This document shows, one piece after another, positions 20,707 through 33,196 of a DNA stretch of 64,000 nucleotides. The DNA is from Octopus sinensis (lineage: Eukaryota). A model generated the notes under the pieces. That model had not been told where the DNA came from, made no database searches, and worked only from the letters and a program-made list of their open reading frames with translations. Each line of letters starts with the position of its first letter. Position 1 is the first letter of the stretch. The DNA lies in the NCBI RefSeq assembly GCF_006345805.1, contig NC_043010.1, positions 59,458,001 through 59,522,000 on the forward strand, read 5' to 3'. The position numbers and the translations under genes are program-made.

Positions 20707-21200
20707 GGGAAAGACTTCCGCCCCCACCCCCATTTTCTCCCAAATTTGTTTATTTTTTAAATATTTTTTGCCAAAAATCCCCGTTTTCGGACACACAGGC
20801 TCCGGAAAATTTCCAAAAATCGAGATTGTGAAATATTCCCCCCCCTTAACTTCTTCAATTTTGACTCCCCCCCCCCCAACACTAACCCTAAAACCCTGAC
20901 CCTAACCATAAAAACCCAAAACCCTAACCCGTAACCGTAAGTATAGAAATGTTTTGAAATTTTTGTCCGAATCATAATCTCCGTATTTTTCCGCATATTT
21001 AAAAAAAAAAAAAATTCTGAAAAAAATTTTAAATGAAGGAAATGGAGGTTGGGAGGGGGTAATTTAGAAATGTCGATTTTTACCAATTTTTTTGCAGATT
21101 CGTATTCCTCGTAACCGAAAAGATGGGGTTTGTGTCGAAAAACAAAAAAAAAAAATTTAAGAGTGTTATTTTGGTGGGTGGACGGGCGGAAGTCTTGCCC
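20707..21200. mobile_element. MITE with 17-bp TIRs and an internal degenerate (TAACCC)-like run
   Basis: GGGAAAGACTTCCGCCC (20707-20723) and GGGCGGAAGTCTTGCCC (21184-21200); no clear TSD. Confidence 0.55.
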
Positions 21201-21858
21201 AAAATCTCCACTACGACACATTCACTCGTCAATCACTCATAAAATCTTAATTCAGTTCTACAAGAAGTAACACTAGAGACTACCCGACATTTACAGACTG
21301 AGGGTACAGCCTCCACTTTTTATAAAATTCCTCTTGCTTCCATTGTATGATCTGTTTTCTTTTTTTTTTCAATTAGATATCTGTCGTGCACAAACTATTT
21401 AAAATGTTTGAAGCTGAGCGTGGTTTTTGACAATCAGCTTTTACATATAAAAAAAATTTTGCTAATAATATTAGCAAGTCAAAGGTGCCATCAGAAAATG
21501 TGTTTCTTCTCAACCTGAACAGAATAATCTGTGGGTCAAGTTTCATGTTGCGAACATGTATACACTTTTCATACACCAAATCTAAGAAGCATTGCCAGAA
21601 GGTCTGTACTCATTCACAATACCAGAAAAGGTGTCATACCGTCTCCACCTGACCTTGACCAAAAGTGCACAGGTTGCTTTCGGCCAATTTAATCTTGAAT
21701 AGTGGAGAATTCGTTGCCAGAATATTGTGCATAATTCTGAATTGAAACCATCGCAGTTTAGTATCTGTTGTCTTTATAGGAAGCAGACACTCGTCCCATT
21801 TGTGTTTGAATATTAAACAAGCATCAACATTGTTTAAAATATAGTAGTATCGTCTGGG

Positions 21859-22090
21859 GGTACTATGTGAGAACAGTGGTCCCGGTGCGCGCACTCGCGT
21901 AGTCGCGCTAGCTAGTCGTAACTAGTCGATCCTACAACGACTACCTAGCAAAGTAAATAAAACACAAAATAAATAATTCTTTTACACAAAGTAAATAACA
22001 CAAAAACACAAACTAAGGATCGACCAGTCATGACTAGTTAGCGCGGATGCGCGAGTACGCGCACCGGGACCACTGTTCTCAAGTAGTACC
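21859..22090. mobile_element. Merlin-like MITE
   Basis: TIRs GGTACTATGTGAGAACAGTGGTCCCGGTGCGCG / CGCGCACCGGGACCACTGTTCTCAAGTAGTACC; same family as 24104-24384. Confidence 0.75.
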
Positions 22091-23023
22091 ACAACATTGT
22101 CTAAAACATAGTAATATCGTTCGACTCCTTTCTTGACAGACATGAGCCTTTCGGATAGTTGTATTAACCTCTAAATGTTGGAGAACAGTAGATTTGCTTA
22201 TTTTAAACTTTGTTTCGTAGCTTTTAAATGGCCCTATTAAACCCATTATTATACTGGAGGAAATTTGTATCTGGTTCTAAAAAATTCTGGAATTCTTCCA
22301 GGGTGCGGCAAGATCCATCTAAATTGATAAAGTCACGAATCTGGCTAACACTTCTCTCAAACCACGCAGGAAAAACCATTGCCTCTTCACTGACACTTAA
22401 GTGTTTAATAAAGTAAATTGGTTCTGTTATGAATTCATCAAATGAATTAGGCTCTGTGTTATTTGTAAACTTGTCAAAGGCAGAAATACAATCTTACCAA
22501 GAATCATTCCTGATAGAGTTAGCGAGTTTGCTCGGAGAAACGTTACCAAATACAGCTAAATTTTTCAGTTTTGTGGAGGAGGCATTGCATAATTGTTTCC
22601 ATTCGGATTCATAGTGAATGTCCAGCAACTTTCTCGTCCAGAATAGCTTTAAAGAGCTGACGTAAGCGAAAACTTCGATCATACCAAGTCCACCATCTTC
22701 AACAGGCTTACAAGCAACAACTCTCTTAAGCTTATCAGGTTTTCCACTCCAGAGAAATTGAAATAATATTTTGTTTAGTTTCTGTAGAAATTTACTCGGT
22801 GGATTTGGGAGAGTTAGGAAGAGAGTTCAATTTTGAGATGAGTAGTGGTTTTATAACAGCAATTCTACTCGGTGGTGTAATTATTCTTTTCATCCATCTA
22901 TTTATTATTACCTGATTTTCAAATAATTTATTTTCAAAATTTTTTTTGGCCACATCCTTTAAAACTATTGAGAATATTAAACCGAGAAGCTTGAAGTGCT
23001 TTGGGTTCCATTTTATATTTAAA

Positions 23024-23413
23024 CTAGCAGTATCGCCCGGCGTTGCTCGGGTTTTTAAAACAGAAATTACTATATAAGCATTTTTAGAGAGTTATAGCCA
23101 AAAAAATGCATTAAAAATGGGGAAAAAATGATGGTAATTTTTTTTTTAAATCGTTGACTCATCGTAGACATTTTTAGAGAGTTACTTCCCTTATATAATA
23201 GCGAAAAAATGCATTAAAATGGAAAAAAATTATGGTAAATTTTTTTTAAAATCGTAGACTCATCGTAGACGCGCGCTAATACCCAGAAGGGCTCGATAGG
23301 AATCACGACTATAAGATACCCGGTTTTGGTTAAACTGCACAGCAAAATGTGGGAGTAGTTAGGAATCTAAATCGTAGGAGACAGACACACAACCTTACTT
23401 TTATATATAAAGA
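23024..23413 (-). mobile_element. Non-autonomous Helitron
   Basis: On the minus strand it starts TC, ends with hairpin CCCGAGCAACGCCGGG plus CTAG, and is inserted at A|T; internal ~100-bp duplication; second copy at 43537-43935. Confidence 0.85.
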
Positions 23414-24103
23414 TTAGTTAAGTATCTGACTGAACTACCCCTTCTTGAACCTATCCATATCACCTGAGACTTATCATAGTTAATTTTAAGTCCGGATATA
23501 TCAGCGAAAAAATCAAGGTGTCAACTGTAGCTTCAAAAAACTCTCGCGAACCGTCTAAAATGAACTCTGTATCGTCTGTATATTGCGCCAACAGATACTC
23601 CCCATCACAAACTGTAATTCCTTTAATATCTCGATTTTTTCTTATAAGACCAGCCAGGACCCCAACGCAGAGAATAAAAAGATATGGAGAGAGAGAAGAC
23701 CACCCTGTCTACAGCGCAACTCAACAGGGAACCAAAGAGACAAAGTACCGTTAATTGTCAAGCAAGATCTATCACCACTGGACAGAATATTGAACCACTT
23801 ACGGATGTCATAACCAAAAGAAGAAAAAAATATAATGTCTTGTTTATAAATGGCCATGAGACAGAATCAAAGGCCTTCTGAAAATCTATTAAAAACAACA
23901 TTCCTGCTATGTCATTTGATTCTGTGTCGTTCATATCAGATCATCGAGCAATCTTACGTTGTCCCCCAACATCCATGATTTTTCATGTAACCTACGTTTT
24001 CAATAGAGATTATTATTTTGTGACCCATCACTGACATAATTTTAAGTTAGCGAATGAGTAGCAATGGTGAAAATTGTACTTAATTTTTTTTTCTCCATTT
24101 CTT

Positions 24104-24384
24104 GGTACTACTAGCGAACAGTGGTCCCGGGGCGCGCATCCGCGCCTATGTTTGTATTTCAAGGCTGAATTACATAGCAAAAGAAATTAAAGAATATTTT
24201 TCGAACAAAGTAAATAAAACGCAAAGTAAATAATTTTTTAAACTGAGTAAACAAATTATTTTTATAAACAAACTAAGGTTAGGTTTAGGTTTAGGGTTAA
24301 GGTTAAAAAGTCGTTGTAGGATCGACTACTTAAGACTAGTTAGCGCGAGTGCGCGCACCGGGACCACTGTTCTCTTGTAGTACC
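24104..24384. mobile_element. Merlin-like MITE with 8-bp TSD
   Basis: TIRs GGTACTACTAGCGAACAGTGGTCCCGG / CCGGGACCACTGTTCTCTTGTAGTACC; TSD CATTTCTT at 24096-24103 and 24385-24392. Confidence 0.8.
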
Positions 24385-25594
24385 CATTTCTTTTTTGAAT
24401 TCCAGATCTTAAAATACGGGGATTACAATTGTGACAAAAAGAAAGAAATCTTTTCAGAATTTCAATTGTTTTGAAGCCGGTTCCGTTCTCTCTTCAGAGT
24501 TTCGAACCTCCCCCCCCTCAACCCGTCCAACACCGATCAACTCGGTCTGTTCGTTTGCGCATGCGTCAAAGCCAGCAGACGACACAAAGACACTCTTAAT
24601 ATAAGCTACTCGACATACTAGAAATAACAGCCAAATCTCCCACAAACAATATATGTCAAACGTCTTATAAAATGAAAGACACTCTGAACTTAGTCCAGGA
24701 TATACAAAAATACGGAGATTACGATTCTGGAAAAATAAAAAAAGAAACATTTTTTTCAAAATTTCAAATTTTTAAATCGTCCCATTCCCCGACTTTCGGA
24801 ATAACAGCCCCGACCCGAAAGAAATACAGTTGTTCTATCCTAATAAATACACTAATAAAATATCAGAGAAACTTTTGACCCCTTTCTCTTTATTAAGGTG
24901 AAAACAAAATAAAGTTTGCATATATATCAGCTTCTTTTCCAGGGTAGGCAGTCTCACACCCATGGGTGTATTATTACTGACATCTTTTCGTCTGTAAATT
25001 ATCCAAAATAAGATGAGATGACATAACAAAAGTAACATAAAATCCGTTTCGTGAATATTTTTCAGAAAATATTCTTGTAAAATGTGAAAAATGAGATGCG
25101 AAGCTTTTATTAACGAGTTTGAGTCGTCAGTATGTGTGTGTGTGTGTGTGTGCGCGAGAAAGAGAGTGTGTATATGTGGGTGTGTGTGTGTGTGTGTTAA
25201 TGTGTATGCGCACGCGCATACGTTTGTGTGTGTGTGTAAGTGCGCGAGTGTGTTTGCGTGTGTGTGTGTATAGTGTTAATTTTCTGTACGTGTGAGTGAG
25301 TGCATCTAACGCCTTTGCAAACTGTTACAAGGGACATAACTCTTTTTGCACATGAATTGCATTGTGCAAGGCGAGAGGCATTTTATACTACAGAAGTCTT
25401 TCAGTTCCAAGTCCGAAAAAAAAAAGCAAAATAAGGTTCATCACGATTGGAACGTGGTATATCAAGGGCTTGCTCGATATGGCTTAACTTGACACGAAAC
25501 AATAGCAATTATACCTCTCAGCGACGCAACTAGAGCTATCCAAGTTGTTTTCGTTGTCAGTAGGTGTTACTTACACGGTCACCCTATTGCCACC

Positions 25595-25671
<77 letters not shown>

Positions 25672-25896
25672 TTATATATATATATAGTTGATAAAAAGAC
25701 ATCTATCAGAAAGAAGCACCCTCTAAAAAATGTTGCAGTAATTATTACAACAAAATTTTATATCTTGGACATAGAGTTACCCAAGGTTTCGCACCCAAAA
25801 AGCCAAAGCTTTGTGGACAGCTCGTCAGACTATATAAAATTTTGTTGTTATATATATATACATACACACACACTCACGTATGTATAGGTGGAAACT

Positions 25897-26267
25897 AGTG
25901 GAGGCGCAATGGCCCAGTGGTTAGGGCAGCGGACTCGCGGTCATAGGATCGCGGTTTCGATTCCCAGACCGGGCGTTGTGAGTGTTTATTGAGCGAAAAC
26001 ACCTAAAGCTCCACAAGGCTCCGGCAGGGGATGGTGGTGATCCCTGCTGTACTCTTTCACCACAACTTTCTCTTACTCTTACTTCCTGTTTCTGTTGTAC
26101 TTGTATTTCAAAGGGCCGGCCATGTCACTCTCTGTGTCACGCTGAATATCCCCGAGAACTACGTTAAGGGTACACGTGTCTGTGGAGTGCTCAGCCACTT
26201 ACACGTTAATTTCACGAGCAGGTTGATCAACCGGAACCCTCGTCGTCGTAACCGACGGAGTGCTTCC
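25897..26267 (+). mobile_element. tRNA-derived SINE
   Basis: A box TGGCCCAGTGG and B box GGTTTCGATTCCC; 11-bp TSD AGGTGGAAACT at 25886-25896 and 26268-26278; minus-strand relative at 35345-35645. Confidence 0.85.
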
Positions 26268-26314
26268 AGGTGGAAACTGGGTGACAATATAACTGGATAA
26301 CACCTATTAACAAC

Positions 26315-26740
26315 AGCTAAAGATCAGTGAAAAAGAAAATACCTACGCTCAAATATTGAGAAATCTACAGCTACTCTATCCAGATTACAAGTTCAGGTTT
26401 ATACTTGTACTTATTGGACACTGAGATATGTATAACACACTGCCTAAATACTAATCTTGAGAAATTAGGCTTCTTAAGACCAGAAGGAAAAACCTGATTT
26501 GAAGACTACAGATCAAATCCCCCACTGGAACTGTAAAGTCTGTAAAACTTTCCAGAAGTTTATCACTAAAGTATATATGAGCATTTCTAGACATGCAACT
26601 ATATGCATGAAAATACATACATAAAACAAAACATACAAAGTTGTACATATACATGCATGTATACGAAAATACGCTGTTGATGTTGAAATTCCAATGAAGG
26701 AACTTTGGATGAAGGTTGGAAACCGATTCTTTCTCTATTC
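26315..26740 (+). mobile_element. 3' end of an RLE-type (R4/NeSL-like) non-LTR retroelement
   Basis: Homologous to 29680-30100. Confidence 0.7.
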
Positions 26741-26799
26741 TCTAAATTGATAGACAGATAGATAGATAGTTAGGTCTCTTTATCAGCCATGCAGGGCAG

Positions 26800-29460
26800 C
26801 ACATAGAAGGGACAGCACAATGTAGAATTTTTCTTTTTTGAAATTAATCAAAAGGGCAAGGAAACCTTTGATGCGGGGTGGATGTAAACAGGGAAATAAC
26901 ACAAGAGTCGTTGTTAAGTATAAAAGTTCTCAATAGGGGAGGAAATGTAACATTAACTAGGATTATCTGTGGAAAGAAAGACCTATGGAAAAGAACCATG
27001 GTAACCTTGGAAACGAAAAAGAAAAACATTAACCTGAGAGCAAGGTGCTCTTTCTCTCTTTGTCTTATAAGTTCATACTCAAGGTGGTTCCATCATTTAT
27101 TCGTACCATCCTTGCCACATTCACCCACCTCTTGTTGAACCTTTCATTAGACAAAATTTCTCTCTTTATTCTCACCTTCCTCTTCAAGTGATATTTGAAG
27201 TTGATGAGAGGTTGACCAGAGAGGAAAGTGTTTGTTTCTAAACCTTTTGTACGAGTCTACCACACACATTCTTTCACCTTAGCCACCAGTACAACGAAAA
27301 CTGCCTTGCTTTGCCTGTTAAAGGAAGGTGGTGAGGCAATATTCATGATAGATTTGGCCAACAACCGAATTCATCCCACACATGATAGCAGTCGTTTGAC
27401 ATATGCTGACAGGTCTGAAATGTTTGGACATTACACAAGTGCATGCAAAACATTTTCGTCGCTCTGACTGCATCGCGGGCAAGTTGGTCTAGTGTTTCTT
27501 GAACTGTGCTTGTAGAGCTTATCCTGAACAGGCAATGCTTCCCGGTAGCATATCCATAGATCCTGGCCTGAAAGTGGTCCTGAAGAGGCAGGCTAGATAT
27601 TCCTTGTCGACATACAGGGTCTCCCTAAGAACGTCGTCATACCTCTCCACCACTAATCCTCTATAGAACACCTTCATGGAATTGAAGTCACACAAGTTTG
27701 ATCTCATGGTGCCATTCGCCCAGTCTCAGTCTCTGATCCACAACTGCAGTTCGATCAAAGAGACCACAACATGCCCAGCCTCCCATTTAGTGGACATTGG
27801 CAGCAAATTGATCACCTGACCATCAGAATGCTTCCATTCCACAAAAAGCAGAAGAGTATGTATTCCAGTTTTTTGATGGTAGGGTCAGGACAAGGAATGA
27901 TGGTCAGACGGTAGTAGATGACAGATGTGATGTGACGGTAGTAGATAATGGATCTGACATTTAGAAATAGCTTCATCTCGGCCCATTGCTGGGTGAGAGT
28001 AGCCACCCTACTGGTTATCACGTCCCGGTTCTCCATTTAACTGAGCAATTTAACCAGTCTGTCGGTCCAGTGTCCCATGATGGAGATGCTGTTGGACAGC
28101 ATGGGCTTGCTTCTCCAGGTACCAAGTCGCAAGCCTATTGACTTTTCCAGGTTAATTTTCACTACCTTGAGCATGAATCTGGCGAAAGCTGTGTTTCAGA
28201 CACAAAGCGAAAACAGGTGAGAGAGAGAGTCACTGTTTCAAAAGTTGGGGATTTTCCTCCTCAGTTTTTGTATAGTTTTTTTTGACAAATGTCTTTGAAA
28301 TCTCCCTCCTGCCTTAGGGTAGAGAGATTTCATTTAGTTTATGTGTGTTTTGTGTGGTGTGTAGTATTTTAATGTGTTGTGCATGGGTGGTTGTTTGTTT
28401 TGTAACTGTTTTCAGTTATTCCGGTGTGTGACCCGATGTATTGCATTAGGTCTAAATTGTTTGTATTGATTGCTTTTAGCATTGCTGGTGTTTGTATGTT
28501 TGTAGAGTTGGTGTTGTTGTTGCTATGTGTGGGAGTTTTGTTGTCAGGAGTGTTGTATCTTTCTGCTTTGTTCGATTGAGTGGTTGTTCTTTTTCCTCTT
28601 TTTTCTTCTTCCCCCGTGGACATTTACCATTCCTCCATGTCGCCTTCATCGGATGACATATCGAAGGAATCAGAACAAGGGGTGGGAGGGTATTGAGGTC
28701 GATTTGTGAGTGTGTTGAAGCTGTTGCTGCTGAGATGTGATGTATGGTTTGTTGGAGATGAGGGGCTAGTCATTTCCCCCTTTTTAGACTTTGGTACTTC
28801 TGTAGCTGTTGTTGTTGTTGTTGGTGGTGATGGTGGTGGTGGTGGTGGTGTTGCTTCTGCATTTGGTTGTGTTGACTGGTTGGGTTGGTTGGGTTGGTTT
28901 GTTGTTTTGTGGAGCTCTTTCATCTGTTGTGCTGATGGCAGTGTGGGTAACAGTGTCGGTTTGCAGGTAGTGTTCTCGTTTTGTTGTTGCTGCTATTGTT
29001 GTTTGTTGTCCCTGTTGTTGTTGTTCCTTTATTTTTGGGCAGTCAGTTTTTAAGTAGTTTTTGCTGCCACAAAGGTGACTGCATGGTCTTCTGACTTTCA
29101 ACAGCCATATGTAAGGTGGTACCGTCCAGAAGTTTTATAAGATCTGGCACATTTTCTATCATCTCTTGATTGGTTTGAACCTCAAGTTCGAATGCCTAAC
29201 CTATCCAGTTTTGTTGTTCAAGGATGGCAATTTCCAAGATGTTAATAACTTCCTTCAAGTGTAGCAGATGGCTGACACCAGCCATTGTGGTTCTATTTCA
29301 GGGGGAACATCTTTAATTTTTATTATTGTAACCCGACGATCTAGGTATGTAGGAATCATTATGATTTCTTCACATTCTAGTGACTGTGGAGAATAAGCTT
29401 TTGTTTGCTCCTCTGTATCAAATCTGACTTCAACTATGGCAAATCTTTTGCCCCTCGTGG
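26800..29460 (-). mobile_element. Internally deleted L1/Tx1-clade element (ORF1 with degenerate zinc knuckle and T/Q/P-rich tract, plus ORF2 C-terminus)
   Basis: Minus fragments VTIIKIKDVPPEI and RRPCSHLCGSKNYLKTDCPK (CCHC-like), then IYYRLTIIPCP..KKLE.ILFCFLW; no EN or RT core found between them. Confidence 0.65.
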
Positions 29461-29461
29461 T

Positions 29462-30222
29462 GTATGTTCTGTGTACAAAGAAATAAGAACAAAGAAATAA
29501 GAACCCACAGTATGGTGGAAGCCATAACCACTCGTAATAAAAACAAGTACTGGTGGAATGTCCCAGTGAAAACCTCAATAAAATGTAAGCAAAACAAACC
29601 TGATATAATGATTTGGGATAGAGAAGAGAAACTGTGTACAGTTGTGGAAATTAGCTGCTCAGGGGATGTTAACATGAAACTGAAGATCAATGAAAAAGAG
29701 AACACCTATGCTGAACTATTGAGGAATCTGCAGTTACTCTGTCCAGATTACAAGTTCAGGTTTATACCTGTAATTATTGGGACACTGGGATATGTAACAC
29801 TGCCTAAATACCAATCTTGAGAAATTAGGCTTCTCAAAACTAGAAAGGAGAAAGCTGATTCAAAGACTATAGATTAAATCCATCATTGGAACTATAAAAA
29901 TCTGTGAAACCTTCCAGAAGTTTATCATATAAGTTTATATATGTGCATGTCTAGATATGCAAGTATATGCATGAGAATACATACATAAAACAAAACGTAC
30001 AAATCTGCATACATACATACATATCCTGTTGTTGATATTGAAATTCCAATGAAAGAGACTTGGGTCTAGGTTAGAAACCAGCTCTTTCTCTATTGAAAAG
30101 AAATCTTGAAATAAAACTGAATAATGACATCATACATACATACATACATACATACATACATACATACATACATACATACATACATACATACATACATACA
30201 TACATACGTACATACATACATA
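29462..30222 (+). mobile_element. 3' end of an RLE-type non-LTR retroelement followed by (CATA)n
   Basis: ORF 29464-29820 KPDIMIWD...VVEISC...K..Y..L is a PD-(D/E)xK restriction-like endonuclease motif; (CATA)n at ~30131-30222. Confidence 0.8.
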
Positions 30223-30249
30223 CAACTGAGGAAAGATTGTCGATGATGT

Positions 30250-30800
30250 AGAGAACATGTACATGAACGGCTTGTCTATCTTCCCTATCTCTAACGATGG
30301 AAGTTACAAGTACCTCAGGATCTATGAGACTTGTTTATGTTGGTGCTGTGACTAAAGCCAGAATATACGAAAGAGTACTTAAAGTTTAAAACAGCCACCA
30401 ACAAAAAAATATAACTGACCAGATATTGATGTTTTGGACCACAAAAAAACGGTTGGATCTGTTGTGGAAATCAGCTGCCCACTGGGCACCAATGGGGTTA
30501 GAAATCTACAAAAGAAAGCAGACATCTATGGACTATTGATAAGGAGTTTTCAAGTCCAGTGCTTAAGATCCACTTTCATCTTCATGCCTATTATTATTGT
30601 TATTGTTATTATTATATTATTATTATTATTATTATTATTTTGGGGGGCAACAGGATACATATCATCCCATATAGAGCAAAGTATGGCCGAACTTGTGTTC
30701 TTGGAGAGAGAACACAAATTCTTAATCCATACATTACAAATAATTGCAATATTTGGGGTAATGAAAATCTGCAAGACTTTAAGAATTAAAGGATGATGAA
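30250..30800 (+). mobile_element. Degenerate RLE-type retroelement fragment
   Basis: ORF 30434-30796 VVEISCPL...KADIY..L resembles the same endonuclease region. Confidence 0.55.
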
Positions 30801-31039
30801 CAAAACAATATGCGGTCCTTCACAACCTTGCTGTCAACCAGTTGGCCAGTCAAAATTTATTCTAAATTAAAAAGAGAAATAAGGTACTGAGCAGACAGAA
30901 TCGTTAGGATGCTGGGCAAAATACTTGACCAATTGAGCACTGGGGTCAATGTAATTGATTGGCACTCTCCCTCGAAATTGCTGGCCTTGCACTAAATTTG
31001 AAATCAAATTAAAAAGAGGCTGAGAACACACTCGTACAG

Positions 31040-31370
31040 ATAGGCTTCTCAAAATCAGAAAGGAGTAAGCTAATTCGAAGACTACAGGTCCAATCCATCA
31101 CTGGAACCGTAAAAATCTGTAAAATTTTCCAGAAGTTTATCATTTAAATATATATGAGCATGTCTAGATATGTAACTATTTGCATGAGAAGATGTACATA
31201 AAACAAAACATAAAAATTTGCACATATATAAAAAAAATACCCTGTTGTTGATGTTGAAATTCCAATGAAGGAGACTTGGATCTAGGTTAGAAACTGGCTC
31301 TTTCTCTGCTGGCAAGAAATCTTGAAATAAAACTAAACAATGACCATACATGCATGCATGCATACATATG
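31040..31370 (+). mobile_element. 3' end of an RLE-type retroelement (same family as 29462-30222)
   Basis: High similarity to 29822-30125, followed by CATA/CATG repeats. Confidence 0.7.
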
Positions 31371-33155
31371 AAAGCATAAATGAATGGATCGATGGAGAGA
31401 TAGGCAGTTAAATATGCACATTCAAAAAATGTTAAAATCATCTCTTTAAATTATATTTCCTAAGTAATTTAAGTTTCTCTAAAGATATTTAATACATATT
31501 TGGTTGACATAAATTTCAAATTTAAAAAAATGCATGTGTAATTTGTCATGTTTCAAGAAAACTCATGATCACCCAAGAAATGGATAAATGACAAAAAATG
31601 CATATTTATACAGCAGTTTGAATTTAATTACAGCAAGAGGACAAACAGGATTGTAAGCAACAACATGGATAGACATGTTCGCTATTTCACTATGTGAGAG
31701 TGAAGAATACATAGGTTTGAAAGCAAAACCAAATATTCATTTAACAATTTTAGCATACGATAAAGTTGGGTAAAGAATATAAATAGATGAAATGTAATTA
31801 GCAGTTCATCAGTTGGATGTGATTTGAGGAGAATTTTTCTGCTCTTTCCATTAGGACGAACAACTATGCAAAATTCGAACAGTTTTCAAATGATACAAAA
31901 GTACAAGAACTATTCAATCATTATTACAGAGAAGTTAAACTCACTAGAGCATTGGATAAAATTCCTCAACAAAATGATATTTAGTTACAGCTCATTAAAG
32001 TGAGTTCAAATCTCACAAAGGTTAATTTTATTTTTCCATTGTTCTGTAGTCGCTTAGATGAAGTACCAGTGAAGTATCGGGATCGATTTAATCAACTTTC
32101 CTTCACCGATTATACAAGGAATATCGATTTGTGCTAATATTGGCAATCAATTACAGAATTTAAATTGAAAGAACAATTAGCAATTTCAAAGAACGGCAAT
32201 GTCATTTGGATCGATGCTTCCAAGTAGATGCAATATTTACTTTTATACAAAAGTGCTTCCTAAACCTGCTTCCTTCTTGACCACCTTTTATCATTCTACA
32301 CTTGCCTTACAAGGGCCCTACAAACAGTCAACACAAATATTCCTCCTATTACCCACATCACTTCGAAATCTTACCCAAGCCCTAATATTTTTTATCTTAT
32401 ATTCAAGAATGGAAAGCAGTGCTCATCGGCCGTTAGAGATTCTTCAAAACGAGTTGAAGGGAGGAAGGAAAGTATCCTCCAACTGAATGTTGACCTTCCA
32501 CATTTGACCGATCCATTTAAAAAAAGGCGGAAGTGATTGCCATCTGCGCAGTAATAACTGTCGGTTCTAGATTAGTGAAACTTTTAGAGTTAATTCCCTT
32601 GCATAATTTTAAGCTCTTTTTAATTAGAGTGATGTCCCTTCGACTAGCAAGGCTAAGATGATTTTAGAGTGATTTCCCTTGTTCATATTAAAACGGGTAT
32701 TGATTCGAATTGGACCCAGTTGTCAATAGTGTACCGACCAATATCTCTCTACACAAGTAGTTCGACATGCTAGACATAACAGCAAAATTCTTCTACTAGT
32801 TTTAAAATAGTAAAACTCACCAGAATAATGTAGTCTAAAATATTTTTAGTTGGGTTGGTCATAGATGGAAACGTTTGGATAACTGGTTAACTTGATGAAG
32901 ATTGGCCTGGGGCTAAACAGTAACAAGACCTTTTCAGCAATGACGGCCACGGAGGTTTCGCTGTTAATTCCAGTCACTGTAGATCTGTTTTCTTACAGTA
33001 ATTATCGACATCATTTCAATAAACATCCTTTGCTCACATCATCTGCAATTTATTTTTATTTTTCTTGCATTATAAAAATAGTTCTACTTCTGTAAATGGA
33101 TAAAAGTAATTTAGATAATTACACATATAGACACACACACACTCACGTACGCACA

Positions 33156-33196
<41 letters not shown>

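Larger units (their letters stand above)
21330..24050 (-). mobile_element. Degenerate L1/Tx1-clade LINE ORF2 (RT and C-terminal zf-RVT-like region), interrupted by a MITE and a Helitron
   Basis: Minus fragments CRQG..LS, LAQYTDDTEF (YADD-like), GGLGMIEV and KLRWFQFRIMHNILATN..LFKIK..SNLC. Confidence 0.75.

Noticed and set aside
25901-25975. tRNA gene
   Set aside because: A/B boxes are present, but they continue into a SINE body with a TSD and have other dispersed copies; it is a SINE head.
31600-32300. Degenerate hAT transposase
   Set aside because: Only vague resemblance in broken frames; no convincing motif or TIR identified by eye.
32584-32680. CRISPR array
   Set aside because: Eukaryotic context, only three imperfect 17-bp repeats and no cas genes; kept only as a periodic-motif finding.
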